Origin: an uncultured Verrucomicrobiae bacterium
Lineage (GTDB): Bacteria; Verrucomicrobiota; Verrucomicrobiia; Chthoniobacterales; UBA10450
DNA length: 64,000 nucleotides
Assembly: GCA_963735805.1 (NCBI GenBank)
Contig: CAVTMK010000001.1
Span: 358,246 to 422,245 of the forward strand
Direction: 5' to 3'
The notes under the pieces are model-generated. The model was not told the origin of the DNA, ran no database searches, and worked only from the letters and a program-made list of their open reading frames with translations. Positions 18,962 through 28,306 of the stretch are shown one piece after another (the first letter of the stretch is position 1; the number at the start of each line of letters is the position of its first letter). The position numbers and the translations under genes were made by a program.

Positions 18962-19678
18962 CTAACGTTTCAATGATTCAAATTCGTCACGCGTAATCTC
19001 TCGGAAGCGCACACGCTCACCTGCGCGCAAAAATACGGGCGGATTTTTTTCGGGATCGAACAAACGCAACGGCGTGCGACCGATCAGGTTCCAGCCGCCC
19101 GGCGAACGCAGCGGGTAAATTCCCGTTTGTGCGCCGCCAATCCCGACAGAACCTGGCGGAATCTCTTTTCGAGGTACGCCTCGACGCGGGGTAGCCAGTT
19201 TCTTCGGAAGGCCGGCCAAAAACGGAAATCCAGGAACAAAACCTATGCAGGCGACGCGATACTCAGCAGCGCTGTGAAGACATATGACTTCGCTCGGCGA
19301 AAGTTCTGCAGTCTGCGCGACATGATCGAGATCCACAGCAAATTCTGGATCGTAAGACACAGGAATTTCAACAATTCGCGACGCTGATCGCATCTTGTGG
19401 CCGGGGTCAGCGACCCCGGCTACGGCAGCGCGAATGCGCGTCGCTAACCATTCGAATACGTTGCCCGACGTTTCAGTCGCTTTGGCGACGACAATTGGGT
19501 CGAAAAAAACTGCGACACTAGTGTAAGCTGGCGCGAGCTCAATCACTCCGGGGATCGCAGCGCCTTGAAGTTGCCGAAACACGCGGAGGACCTTGTCCAA
19601 CGTCTCGTCAGGCTCGTCATCGAATCGCTCGCGCACACGGACGATCAGCGCGCAATCACCGATGGGAACAATTTCCAT
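18962..19678 (-). CDS. pxpB: 5-oxoprolinase subunit PxpB
   Basis: MEIVPIGDCAL, PAYTS, IGFVPGFPFL and GIYP..SPGGWNLIGRTP motifs. Confidence 0.93.
   Translation of the reverse strand: MEIVPIGDCALIVRVRERFDDEPDETLDKVLRVFRQLQGAAIPGVIELAPAYTSVAVFFDPIVVAKATETSGNVFEWLATRIRAAVAGVADPGHKMRSASRIVEIPVSYDPEFAVDLDHVAQTAELSPSEVICLHSAAEYRVACIGFVPGFPFLAGLPKKLATPRRGVPRKEIPPGSVGIGGAQTGIYPLRSPGGWNLIGRTPLRLFDPEKNPPVFLRAGERVRFREITRDEFESLKR
19397..19423 (-). repeat. GTAG-type REP-like palindrome in frame inside pxpB
   Basis: GTAGCCGGGGTC-GCT-GACCCCGGCCAC hairpin encoding VAGVADPGH. Confidence 0.75.
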
Positions 19679-19741
19679 GGCAGGATGATATTTACGCGGA
19701 GGGCGATGTCGATCATCGCACGTGGCCTCGAGTGTGCGCGA

Positions 19742-19880
19742 GGTGGAACGCGTTGTCCTCAACGCGCTGGCAATGAAGCGAGGACGCGCCGCAAAAACCC
19801 CTGGCTGCCACGGTTTCGGTGCATCATTCTCGCGCCTTCCGCGGCTGATCAGGCACCGTCTTCAGAGAAGCCTATCCACC
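19742..19880. repeat. REPIN/MITE-like intergenic element
   Basis: Ends GGTGGA and TCCACC are inverted; internal hairpin CGCGTTG-TCCT-CAACGCG. Confidence 0.55.
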
Positions 19881-19885
19881 ACGAA

Positions 19886-20464
19886 TCATTCTGCATGTTT
19901 CGCCTCGATCTCGATGTTGATCGTGACTGTCTGGCTGATTCCGGAGACTGACTCGGCCGCGGGCGCGAACATCAGGTTGAAGTCGCGTCGTGTGACTGGA
20001 TCAACTGTTACGGCCCAGCGCGTCCGGTTCGTCTCGTTGAGCGGTGTTAGCAGTTTGACGTGGAGTGTGACCGGTTTGGTCACGCCATGCATGGTCAGGT
20101 CACCCAGGATGTCGCCGGTTTGTGACCCGGTTTGCTTTACTCTTCGGCTTTTGAATGTCATTTCGGGGAATTTTTCCACGTTAAAAAATTCTGCGCTGCG
20201 CAAATGATCATCTCGTTTTTTGATCCGCGTATCAATGCTCCGCACCTCGATCCGAGCCGTCACCGACGAATTCTCCGGGTGCTGGCGGTCAACATCGATT
20301 TTGCCATTGAACTTCGTGAACTTTCCCGGAGTGGTGCCAAGAAATTGGTGAACGCTGAAACCGATCGTCGAGCCTGACGGATCGAACGTGTACGTCTCAT
20401 TCGCCCATGCGGCAGAATTCAGCCCAGCGATTAAAACTGCAGCGATAAGATTACGTCGTTTCAT
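19886..20464 (-). CDS. yceI: YceI family lipid/polyisoprenoid-binding protein
   Basis: SIDT..KKRDDHLRS.EFFNVEKFP and GDLTMHGVTKPV motifs; signal peptide. Confidence 0.92.
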   Translation of the reverse strand: MKRRNLIAAVLIAGLNSAAWANETYTFDPSGSTIGFSVHQFLGTTPGKFTKFNGKIDVDRQHPENSSVTARIEVRSIDTRIKKRDDHLRSAEFFNVEKFPEMTFKSRRVKQTGSQTGDILGDLTMHGVTKPVTLHVKLLTPLNETNRTRWAVTVDPVTRRDFNLMFAPAAESVSGISQTVTINIEIEAKHAE

Positions 20465-21030
20465 TTGGAATTGTTCCGGCTTTTCGCCTTAGTCGCCAGT
20501 GTTTTCAACAGCGGCGTACGGGAAAGCGGCAGCCGGCCAAATAAATTTCCCAGGGCGAACGCAGGATCGGCTTTCAATTTTTTCTCGTCGTGCACGCCGG
20601 CAATTCGCGCGAGTTCTGTCTCAAAATGTGAAACTGCGCGGGCCGTCGGGTCGTTTACGTTGAGATAACCAAAAGCCCTGCGCAATAGCGCGAAAAGTTC
20701 CGGCTCTCGATGATCTCGCTCGGTGCAAATCTCAATTAACTCGACAAAATACGCTGCAGTCTGCGTGCGTATATAATTGCTGCGAATCCCGGCAAACGGA
20801 TTTTTCAGCACAACTTCAGTGAGCGTATGCAGATCTGACTTCCTGCCCCGCACGATGGAAATTTCAGCGTCAAAAAACAAATCCAACTTTCCTGCAAACG
20901 GACTCTTAGGGCGCCGCGCGCCCTTGGCCATTGTCTGGATGCAGCCAAAGTATTCTGTGCACCACGAGATGATCAGGCTCGTGTCGCTGAACTTTCGTCT
21001 CCGAAGAAGGATGGCAGCCGTGATCTCCAC
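20461..21030 (-). CDS. recO: DNA repair protein RecO (short form)
   Basis: AILLRRRKFSDTSLI, AKGARRPKSPF.GKLDLF; GTG start at 21030. Confidence 0.9.
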   Translation of the reverse strand: MEITAAILLRRRKFSDTSLIISWCTEYFGCIQTMAKGARRPKSPFAGKLDLFFDAEISIVRGRKSDLHTLTEVVLKNPFAGIRSNYIRTQTAAYFVELIEICTERDHREPELFALLRRAFGYLNVNDPTARAVSHFETELARIAGVHDEKKLKADPAFALGNLFGRLPLSRTPLLKTLATKAKSRNNSK

Positions 21031-21168
21031 ACCACGAAAATAGCACACCGAGACAGTTGTAGAGATGCCTGTGCCAAGCACCTGTCTTGGATTCGGCGTT
21101 TGACACAAACGCCGCTACTACATAACCACGCGTGATTTTGCAGTTGTCCCTTTCACCAGCCATGATGA

Positions 21169-22470
21169 GTGATGCCGGAAGGGACTACTGAAACTGCTCG
21201 CGTACCAGAAGACGTGAGTGGACGGCCGCGTCGCGTGCCTATCGGCAGCGTGACATGGCGGCACACATTCCGCGCGTTAAAGCATCGCAATTATCGGCTT
21301 TTTTTTGGAGGGCAACTAATTTCGCTGGTTGGCACGTGGATGCAGCAAACCGCGATGAGTTGGTTTGTCTATGAAATTACGAATTCAAAGCTGCTGCTGG
21401 GTATCGTCGCTGCCATGGGGTCTGCTCCGATGATGTTGTCCGCAAGTTGGGGCGGCTCCCTCGCCGATCGTCATCCGAAGCGCTCGATCCTCCTCGCGAC
21501 CCAGACGGCCCAAATGATTTGCGCATTCCTTCTTGCGGGCGGTGTTTGGGCGGGTTTCGCCACGCCCTCGTTCATAATCATTATCGCTGCGTTGAACGGT
21601 GTTGCCATGGGTTTTGATATGCCCGCACGGCAGGCGTTCACAGTCGAAATGACAAGCCGTGAAGATTTGCTAAACGCGATCTCACTCAACAGCTCGATCG
21701 TAAATGGCGCCCGTGTTGTCGGTCCGTCTGTCGCTGGTTTGCTGATCGGGTGGGTTGGCGTTGCAATGTGTTTTTTCCTGAATGGTCTCACGTTTGTTGC
21801 GGTAATCGCCGGTCTGCTCATGATGCGCTTACCGCCGTTTCAACGGCCGGCACACGTCGTCTCTACCAGTCAACACGCCTGGAATGGCATCGTATATTCA
21901 CTGAAACATCAGCGAGTGCGGACGATTCTGCTGCTCTTCCTCGCAGTGGGCGTGTTCGGGTGGTCATACGGTGTAATGATGCCGGCTTTCGCACGCGACG
22001 TCCTCGGCCGCGGCGCGAACGGTTTCGGCATCCTGATGTCGGCGAGTGGAATCGGCGCTTTAATCGGCGCCCTGGTAGTGGCCACTTATGGGCATCTGTT
22101 TGCACCGCGAAGACTGGCGCTCGGCGGCATCTGGTTGTTTTCGATTGCGCTATTTGCCCTTTCGCTTACCCGGAATTTTTATCTCGCACTCGTGTTTCTC
22201 CTTGTCGCCGGATTTGGAATGCTCTTGTTTTTCTCCACATCCAACACCGTGCTGCAGACCATTGTGCCAGATGAAATGCGAGGGCGCGTGATGGGTGTTT
22301 GGTCGCTTGTCTTCGGCGCGATGATCCCACTAGGCAGTCTCGAAGCCGGAGCGGTTGCGAATTGGCTGGGCACACCATTCGCGCTCGCGTTCGGGGCAAT
22401 CATTTGTGCAGCCTCTGCGCTGGTGACGCTGCTCGTAATTCGGCGACGGGAGGCCGGGAACGCCAGATAA
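21169..22470 (+). CDS. MFS transporter (MFS_3/DHA3-like)
   Basis: FRAL.HRNYRLFF.GQ.ISL.GTWMQ, PARQAF and VPDEMRGRVMG motifs. Confidence 0.92.
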   Translation: MMPEGTTETARVPEDVSGRPRRVPIGSVTWRHTFRALKHRNYRLFFGGQLISLVGTWMQQTAMSWFVYEITNSKLLLGIVAAMGSAPMMLSASWGGSLADRHPKRSILLATQTAQMICAFLLAGGVWAGFATPSFIIIIAALNGVAMGFDMPARQAFTVEMTSREDLLNAISLNSSIVNGARVVGPSVAGLLIGWVGVAMCFFLNGLTFVAVIAGLLMMRLPPFQRPAHVVSTSQHAWNGIVYSLKHQRVRTILLLFLAVGVFGWSYGVMMPAFARDVLGRGANGFGILMSASGIGALIGALVVATYGHLFAPRRLALGGIWLFSIALFALSLTRNFYLALVFLLVAGFGMLLFFSTSNTVLQTIVPDEMRGRVMGVWSLVFGAMIPLGSLEAGAVANWLGTPFALAFGAIICAASALVTLLVIRRREAGNAR

Positions 22471-22501
22471 TTTCAAACGGTTCGCCTGGTTTCGCGGGCG
22501 A

Positions 22502-23908
22502 TTACCGGTTAATGATATGCAACGCGCGTTTCTCCACATTGAGCGCGGCTTCTCTGACTGCTTCGCTCAAGGTAGGGTGTGAGTGACAGGTGCGGCCGAT
22601 ATCTTCGGAGCTGCCGCCAAATTCAATCACCGAAACCGCCTCGGCGATCAGCTCCGAAGCGGTGTGATGCAAAATGTGTGCGCCTAGAACGCGATCGGTT
22701 CTTGCGTCGGCAACAAATTTCACCATTCCTTCCACATCATCGCTACATAGCGCCCGGCTATTGGCTCGGAACGGAAATTTTCCGATCCGCACATCCATCC
22801 CTTTTTCTTTCGCCTGATCTTCGGTCAAACCGACCCCGGCCAGCTCCGGATTTGTGTAAATGATACTGGCAATGGCCTCGTAGTTCACATGGCCGGCCTT
22901 GCCCGCAATGATTTCCACGCAGGCGATTCCTTCGTCTTCAGCTTTGTGCGCGAGCATCGGACCAGCGATCACATCTCCGATGGCATAAATGCCTTCGACG
23001 TTTGTGCGGAAATGATCGTCGACTTTGATGCGCTTCTTTTCGTCAAACTCCACACCGGCTTTTTCAGCGCCCAAACCGTCTGAGAACGGGCGACGCCCGA
23101 CTGAAACAAGCACTTTGTCTCCTTCGAATTTCAGTTCCTGACCGTCTTTAGTGGCAGTTACCGTTGCGCGACCATTGTCCATCTTCACCGCGCTGACCTT
23201 TGCTTCCAGGTGGAAGGTCATTCCCTGCGCGGTAAGTAAACGCTGAAGCAGATTCGCGAGCTCAAGGTCGAAACCGAGTGCAATGCGGGGCAAAAATTCC
23301 AATATCGTCACTTCCGAACCGAGACGGTTCCAAACCGAGCCGAGCTCTAAACCTATCGCGCCCGCCCCGATTACGACGAGCTTCTTTGGAGCCTCGGCGA
23401 ACGTAAGCGCTTCGGTGCTGCTCACGATAGTTTTGCCGTCAAATTTCGCGAATGGCAGTTCCACAGGGGCGCTGCCGGTGGAAATGACGATGTTTTTTGT
23501 TTCGATCTCCTGCGTCTCGCCCGCGGAGGATTTAATCGAGACTTTTCCAGGCGCAGTAATGGTGCCTATACCTTCGAGGACCGTGACCCTGTTTGCCTTC
23601 ATCAAGGAGCGCACCCCGCTGTTAAATGTCTTCACGACCTTGTCCTTGCGCTGTTGCATCTTCGCCAAGTCGGCATGCGCGCCCTCGATCACGATGCCGT
23701 GTTTGGCGGCTTCCTTTTTAACGAACATGAAATGATCGCTCGAAGTGAGAAGCGCTTTGCTCGGGATGCAGCCTACGTTCAAGCACGTGCCGCCCAGTTC
23801 TTTGCATTTCTCTACTAGCGCAGTCTTTAAACCAAGCTGGCCAGACCGAATCGCGGCGATATAACCGCCCGGTCCCGAGCCAATGATAACAACATCAAAT
23901 TTTTCCAT
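22502..23908 (-). CDS. lpdA: Dihydrolipoamide dehydrogenase E3
   Basis: GSGPGGY, GGTCLNVGCIPSK and HPTLSE motifs. Confidence 0.97.
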   Translation of the reverse strand: MEKFDVVIIGSGPGGYIAAIRSGQLGLKTALVEKCKELGGTCLNVGCIPSKALLTSSDHFMFVKKEAAKHGIVIEGAHADLAKMQQRKDKVVKTFNSGVRSLMKANRVTVLEGIGTITAPGKVSIKSSAGETQEIETKNIVISTGSAPVELPFAKFDGKTIVSSTEALTFAEAPKKLVVIGAGAIGLELGSVWNRLGSEVTILEFLPRIALGFDLELANLLQRLLTAQGMTFHLEAKVSAVKMDNGRATVTATKDGQELKFEGDKVLVSVGRRPFSDGLGAEKAGVEFDEKKRIKVDDHFRTNVEGIYAIGDVIAGPMLAHKAEDEGIACVEIIAGKAGHVNYEAIASIIYTNPELAGVGLTEDQAKEKGMDVRIGKFPFRANSRALCSDDVEGMVKFVADARTDRVLGAHILHHTASELIAEAVSVIEFGGSSEDIGRTCHSHPTLSEAVREAALNVEKRALHIINR

Positions 23909-24012
23909 ACGTTAATCTGTCATTCGGACTGAAGTGGAGCAATCATCCAGGCCGAAGCGGGACGGCATCCCAAAACGTGGCCGTCGCTGCAAGGTCATGT
24001 TAGGCTACCGTC

Positions 24013-24040
24013 TTGGTGTGCGGCAGTGCTTTGCCGCATT
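24013..24040. repeat. TTGG(A/T)GTGCGGC-type palindrome between sucB and lpdA
   Basis: TGCGGCA-GTGCTT-TGCCGCA hairpin; related sequence at 43461-43540. Confidence 0.45.
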
Positions 24041-24044
24041 TATT

Positions 24045-25337
24045 CTAAAAATCCACGGGTAGTTTTTTCGGATCCTCGATGCAGTCCTTCACTTTGACGA
24101 GAAAAGTGACAGCTTCCTTTCCATCGATCGCACGATGATCATAACTCAGTGCGAGGTACATCATCGGGCGAACTTCCACTTTGCCGTCCACGGCGACTGG
24201 TCGTGGCATGATCTTATGCATGCCGAGGATGCCGCTTTGTGGCGGATTTAAAATCGGTGTCGCAAAGAGCGACCCATAGACGCCGCCGTTTGTGATGGTG
24301 AACGTGCCCCCCTGCAAATCTTCGATCTTCAGTTTCCCATCGCGCGCTCGGCTGGCGTAATCGGCGATGTCGCGCTCCAAGTCCGCAAAGCTTTTCTTGT
24401 CCGCATCGCGAACGACTGGAACCACCAGTCCCCGCTCTGTGCCGACTGCCACTCCGATGTCATAGAAATTGTTTTGGATGAAATCCTCGTCCTCAACGTG
24501 GCCATTAACTACCGGCACGTCTTTAAGCGCTTCCACACATGCTTTAACAAAGAACGACATCAAACCCAGTTTGACGCCGTTCTTTTTCGTGAACTCATCT
24601 TGCTTGTTCTTGCGCAATTCCTGGATGGCGCTCATGTCGCATTCGTTGAAGGTCGTGAGGATCGCTGCGGTGTGCTGCGCCATCACAAGTTGCTGTGCAA
24701 TCTTACGACGCAACGGTGACATCTTTTTGCGAGTGAACCGCCCGTCAGTGGACGGTCCAACGTCGCGAGCTTCGACTTTTTCTTCGACTTTCACCGAAGT
24801 TACGGCGGACGAATCCGCCTTGCCGCGCTGTTGTGCTGCAGCCAGAACGTCTTGTTTTGTTAGGCGACCTCCTTCTCCGGTTCCGCGGATTTTTGCCGGC
24901 TCAAGCTTTTCTTCTTCGACAATCCGCCGCACCGCGGGCGAAAGAGTTGTTGTAGCCGCTGCCACTGGCAGCGGCTTGCCGCGGTCAGCGCCCGCGGTGA
25001 CAGGAGCCTTTTCTTCGGCGGTCCTTTTCACGGACTCGGGCCCTTTTTCCTCAGGCTCTTTCTTTTTCGGTTTCTCTTCCCTTTTTTGGGCAGCCGGCCG
25101 GTTTGAGTCGTCGATTATGGCCACTACCTCGCCAATCTTTACTTCCTGTCCCTCCGGCACCTTTGTTTCCAGTACGCCCGCTTTTTCGGCGACGATCTCG
25201 GTAGAAACCTTGTCAGTTTCGAGCGTGAACAGGGCCTCGCCTTCGTTGACGAAATCTCCGGATTTCTTGTGCCAGGCGGAGACAACACCGCTGGTAATTG
25301 ATTCACCAACGGCAGGAATTTTTACTTCGATAGCCAT
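24045..25337 (-). CDS. sucB: 2-oxoglutarate dehydrogenase E2 (dihydrolipoamide succinyltransferase)
   Basis: Lipoyl motif ETDKV, E3-binding domain, LSYDHR..DG catalytic motif. Confidence 0.96.
   Translation of the reverse strand: MAIEVKIPAVGESITSGVVSAWHKKSGDFVNEGEALFTLETDKVSTEIVAEKAGVLETKVPEGQEVKIGEVVAIIDDSNRPAAQKREEKPKKKEPEEKGPESVKRTAEEKAPVTAGADRGKPLPVAAATTTLSPAVRRIVEEEKLEPAKIRGTGEGGRLTKQDVLAAAQQRGKADSSAVTSVKVEEKVEARDVGPSTDGRFTRKKMSPLRRKIAQQLVMAQHTAAILTTFNECDMSAIQELRKNKQDEFTKKNGVKLGLMSFFVKACVEALKDVPVVNGHVEDEDFIQNNFYDIGVAVGTERGLVVPVVRDADKKSFADLERDIADYASRARDGKLKIEDLQGGTFTITNGGVYGSLFATPILNPPQSGILGMHKIMPRPVAVDGKVEVRPMMYLALSYDHRAIDGKEAVTFLVKVKDCIEDPKKLPVDF
24951..25002. repeat. REP doublet translated in the SucB linker
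   Basis: TGTAGCCGCTGCCACTGGCAGCGGCT hairpin followed by GCCGCGGTCAGCGCCCGCGGTGACA, which matches the pxpB palindrome at 19/24 nt. Confidence 0.7.
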
Positions 25338-25452
25338 GCGTGAGAATTACGTAAGCTAATCGAGCGTCGCGGTCGAGTTACGTTTCGTCAATAGATATGC
25401 CATGTCTTCCGCCTGCATCCGCAAGGGGGCAAGAGCCATGGGGATTATGGTT

Positions 25453-28188
25453 CTAAATCGAGAACGCGTCAGCCACTAAGCGGGCTTGTTCGCGCTTATG
25501 GCGAGCCAACGAGCCGACGGCTGGGCTGGCGCTGGCTTCGCGGCCTGCGTAGGCAATTTCGGTGCAAAAAATCGTGCGCAACCGCGGTTCGATGAAAGTC
25601 CAGGCGCCCATGTTTTCCGATTCTTCCTGACACCAAACCAGTTTCGCGCTCTTTGGAAATGGCTTGAGCATTTCGCGTAGCTTCTTTTCGGCTAACGGAT
25701 AAAGCTGCTCGACGCGAATGATCGCTGCGTCGTCGATCTTACGTTCGGTTCGATAATTGAGCAGATCGTAATAAACCTTGCCCGAGCAAAGGATGATTCG
25801 CTTCACCTTGGCGGAGGGACCTGCGTCGGGCGACCCGAGGATTTCTTCGAACCGGCCATGGATGAATTCTTCCACGGGCGAGGAAGCAAATTTCGCTCGT
25901 AGGAGGCTTTTAGGCGTCATAATGATCAGCGGTTTAATGAAGTCGCGCTTCATCTGACGTCGTAGCACATGAAAATACTGCGCGGAGGTCGTGAGATTGC
26001 AGACCTGGATGTTGTCCTCCGCGCAGGCTTGTAGGAAGCGCTCCAGTCGGGCGCTGGAGTGCTCTGGCCCCTGCCCTTCATAGCCATGCGGGAGCAGTAA
26101 AACAATCCCACTTGGCCGCTGCCATTTCGATTCCGCTGAAACGATGAATTGATCGATAATCGTCTGCGCGCCATTAGAAAAATCGCCAAACTGCGCTTCC
26201 CACAAACAAAGCATCTTCGGGTAATCGAGGGAGTAACCGTAATCGAACCCGAGCACTGCGGCTTCTGAGAGCGGGCTGTTATAAATGCAAATGCGGGCTT
26301 GCTTCTGCGCCAGGTGCATGAGTGGCACATAAGGTTTGCCGGTCTTCGCGTCGTACAGCACCGAATGCCGTGTGCTAAAAGTGCCGCGCGAGCTGTCCTG
26401 GCCCGACAACCGAACTGGAATCCCGTCTAACAAAAGCGATCCGAATGCGAGCGCTTCAGCGTAATGCCACTCGTAGGGACCGCCATCCTCGAAGACTTTC
26501 CGCTGGTGATCAAGAACGATGCGCTTGATCTTTGGCTGAATCGCGAAACCCTCCGGAATACGCGTCATACCATCGACGATAATTTTCAGAGTTTTCTCAC
26601 TGATCGCGGTCGCCTCAGACTCGCTCGAGTATTCCGGTTGAAAAATTGCTGTGGATTCTCTGAACCTGGCTTTCTCGTTGGCCTTCCGCTTTTCAATGAC
26701 ATCGACTTCATCTCGCGTCATTTCGAGCCGTAAACCGAACTCAGTTTCCAGCGATGCGGCATCGTCCTCGCTCAGTGTTCCTGCTTCGAGCAATTCGCCT
26801 TTGTAAAGCTGGGTGACCGATGGATGTTTCTCGATTATTGCGTAAAGATCCGGCTGGGTAAATGAGGGCTCGTCGCCCTCGTTGTGGCCATAGCGACGAT
26901 AGCAATACAGATCGATCACTACGTCCCGCCCGAATCGCTGGCGAAAATCGAACGACATATCGCTCACAAATTTAACCGCCAACGGGTCGTCGCCGTTCAC
27001 ATGAAAGATCGGCGCCTCGATCATCTTTGCGATATCAGTTGAATAAGTTGATGATCGCGCATCCTTGGGAAGTGTCGTAAAGCCGATCTGGTTGTTCACG
27101 ACGATGTGGATGGTCCCGCCCGTGCTGTAACCATGTAATTGGGACAAATTAAGTGTCTCAGCCACGATTCCCTGCGCGATGAAAGCAGCATCGCCATGCA
27201 CCAATAGCGGTAAAACCTTGCGGCGATGCTCCGTGTCGCCGCGAATTCTTTGTCTGGCGCGCGCTTGTCCTTCGACCACCGGATCGACAGCTTCGAGATG
27301 GCTGGGGTTCGACGACAGCCTGATCTCGACCTCGCCGCCGGAGGCAAGTTTCCGTACCGAGTGATAACCGAGGTGATACTTCACGTCGCCATCGCCGGCG
27401 ACCAACTCGGGAACGTAATTTTCGCTAAACTCTGTAAAGATGACCCTTAATGATTTGCGCAGAAAATTTGCCAACACATTCAGCCGGCCGCGATGCGCCA
27501 TGCCCATGCAAATTTCTTCGACGCCGCTTTCCGGACATTTGTGCAGAATGGTATCTAGAATCACCATGAGCGATTCGGAGCCTTGAAGTGAAAACCGTTT
27601 TTGGCCCACATAACGCGTATGCAGGAAAATCTCGAAGGATTCCGCTTCAAGCAGCGCTCTTAACAGCGCAACCTGAACGGCCGCTGGAGTCGAATGCTTA
27701 TGGGGTCGTGTCTCCAACCGCTTGCGAATCCAGTCGCGCACTCGCGGATCCTGGATGTGCATAAACTCCGAACCGATGGAATCGGCATAAATTCTTTCCA
27801 GCCCGGAAATCATCTCGCGCAACGTCATCGACCGATTATCGAGAAAGAATTTTGACGAAACACGAAGGTCCAGGTCAGCATCGCTAAAGCCGAACTCACG
27901 CAGACTGAGCAATGGATTTTGCGGTCGTGTCGCGGCAAGGGGATCGACGCGGGCAATTGTATGACCAAGCGAGCAATACGCGTAAATGAGACCATCAACG
28001 CGCGTCTGTAACGCCGCTTCACGAGCCTCGGCAGCGGCTGCGCCGTCGCGCTGAGGCAAATTTCCAAGCTCGAACCCCTCAAAAAAGGCCGACCATCCGG
28101 AGTCGACTGATTGAGGATTTCGCTGCCAACGGCGATAATTCTCTTCGATCAGCTCCAGATTTGCGCGAGCGGCAATTGAGGTGCGCAT
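25453..28188 (-). CDS. sucA: 2-oxoglutarate dehydrogenase E1
   Basis: GMAHRGRLN, GDVKYHLG, HGDAAF, WEAQFGDF and GPEHSSAR motifs. Confidence 0.97.
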   Translation of the reverse strand: MRTSIAARANLELIEENYRRWQRNPQSVDSGWSAFFEGFELGNLPQRDGAAAAEAREAALQTRVDGLIYAYCSLGHTIARVDPLAATRPQNPLLSLREFGFSDADLDLRVSSKFFLDNRSMTLREMISGLERIYADSIGSEFMHIQDPRVRDWIRKRLETRPHKHSTPAAVQVALLRALLEAESFEIFLHTRYVGQKRFSLQGSESLMVILDTILHKCPESGVEEICMGMAHRGRLNVLANFLRKSLRVIFTEFSENYVPELVAGDGDVKYHLGYHSVRKLASGGEVEIRLSSNPSHLEAVDPVVEGQARARQRIRGDTEHRRKVLPLLVHGDAAFIAQGIVAETLNLSQLHGYSTGGTIHIVVNNQIGFTTLPKDARSSTYSTDIAKMIEAPIFHVNGDDPLAVKFVSDMSFDFRQRFGRDVVIDLYCYRRYGHNEGDEPSFTQPDLYAIIEKHPSVTQLYKGELLEAGTLSEDDAASLETEFGLRLEMTRDEVDVIEKRKANEKARFRESTAIFQPEYSSESEATAISEKTLKIIVDGMTRIPEGFAIQPKIKRIVLDHQRKVFEDGGPYEWHYAEALAFGSLLLDGIPVRLSGQDSSRGTFSTRHSVLYDAKTGKPYVPLMHLAQKQARICIYNSPLSEAAVLGFDYGYSLDYPKMLCLWEAQFGDFSNGAQTIIDQFIVSAESKWQRPSGIVLLLPHGYEGQGPEHSSARLERFLQACAEDNIQVCNLTTSAQYFHVLRRQMKRDFIKPLIIMTPKSLLRAKFASSPVEEFIHGRFEEILGSPDAGPSAKVKRIILCSGKVYYDLLNYRTERKIDDAAIIRVEQLYPLAEKKLREMLKPFPKSAKLVWCQEESENMGAWTFIEPRLRTIFCTEIAYAGREASASPAVGSLARHKREQARLVADAFSI

Positions 28189-28306
28189 AGGGAATTTAAT
28201 CTCCGACGATTACGCGGTGCGGCAAGTTGACAGTGCGGAGGCAGCTTCGTTACTTGCGCGCATGGTTCCCAACAGAGATCGTAAAACAGCTGATGGCGAT
28301 CTGAGG

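Noticed and set aside
24469..25359. Long antisense ORFs (e.g. 296 aa opposite sucB, 247 aa opposite pxpC, 255 aa opposite the GT4)
   Set aside because: Shadow ORFs of GC-rich genes with no recognisable motifs.
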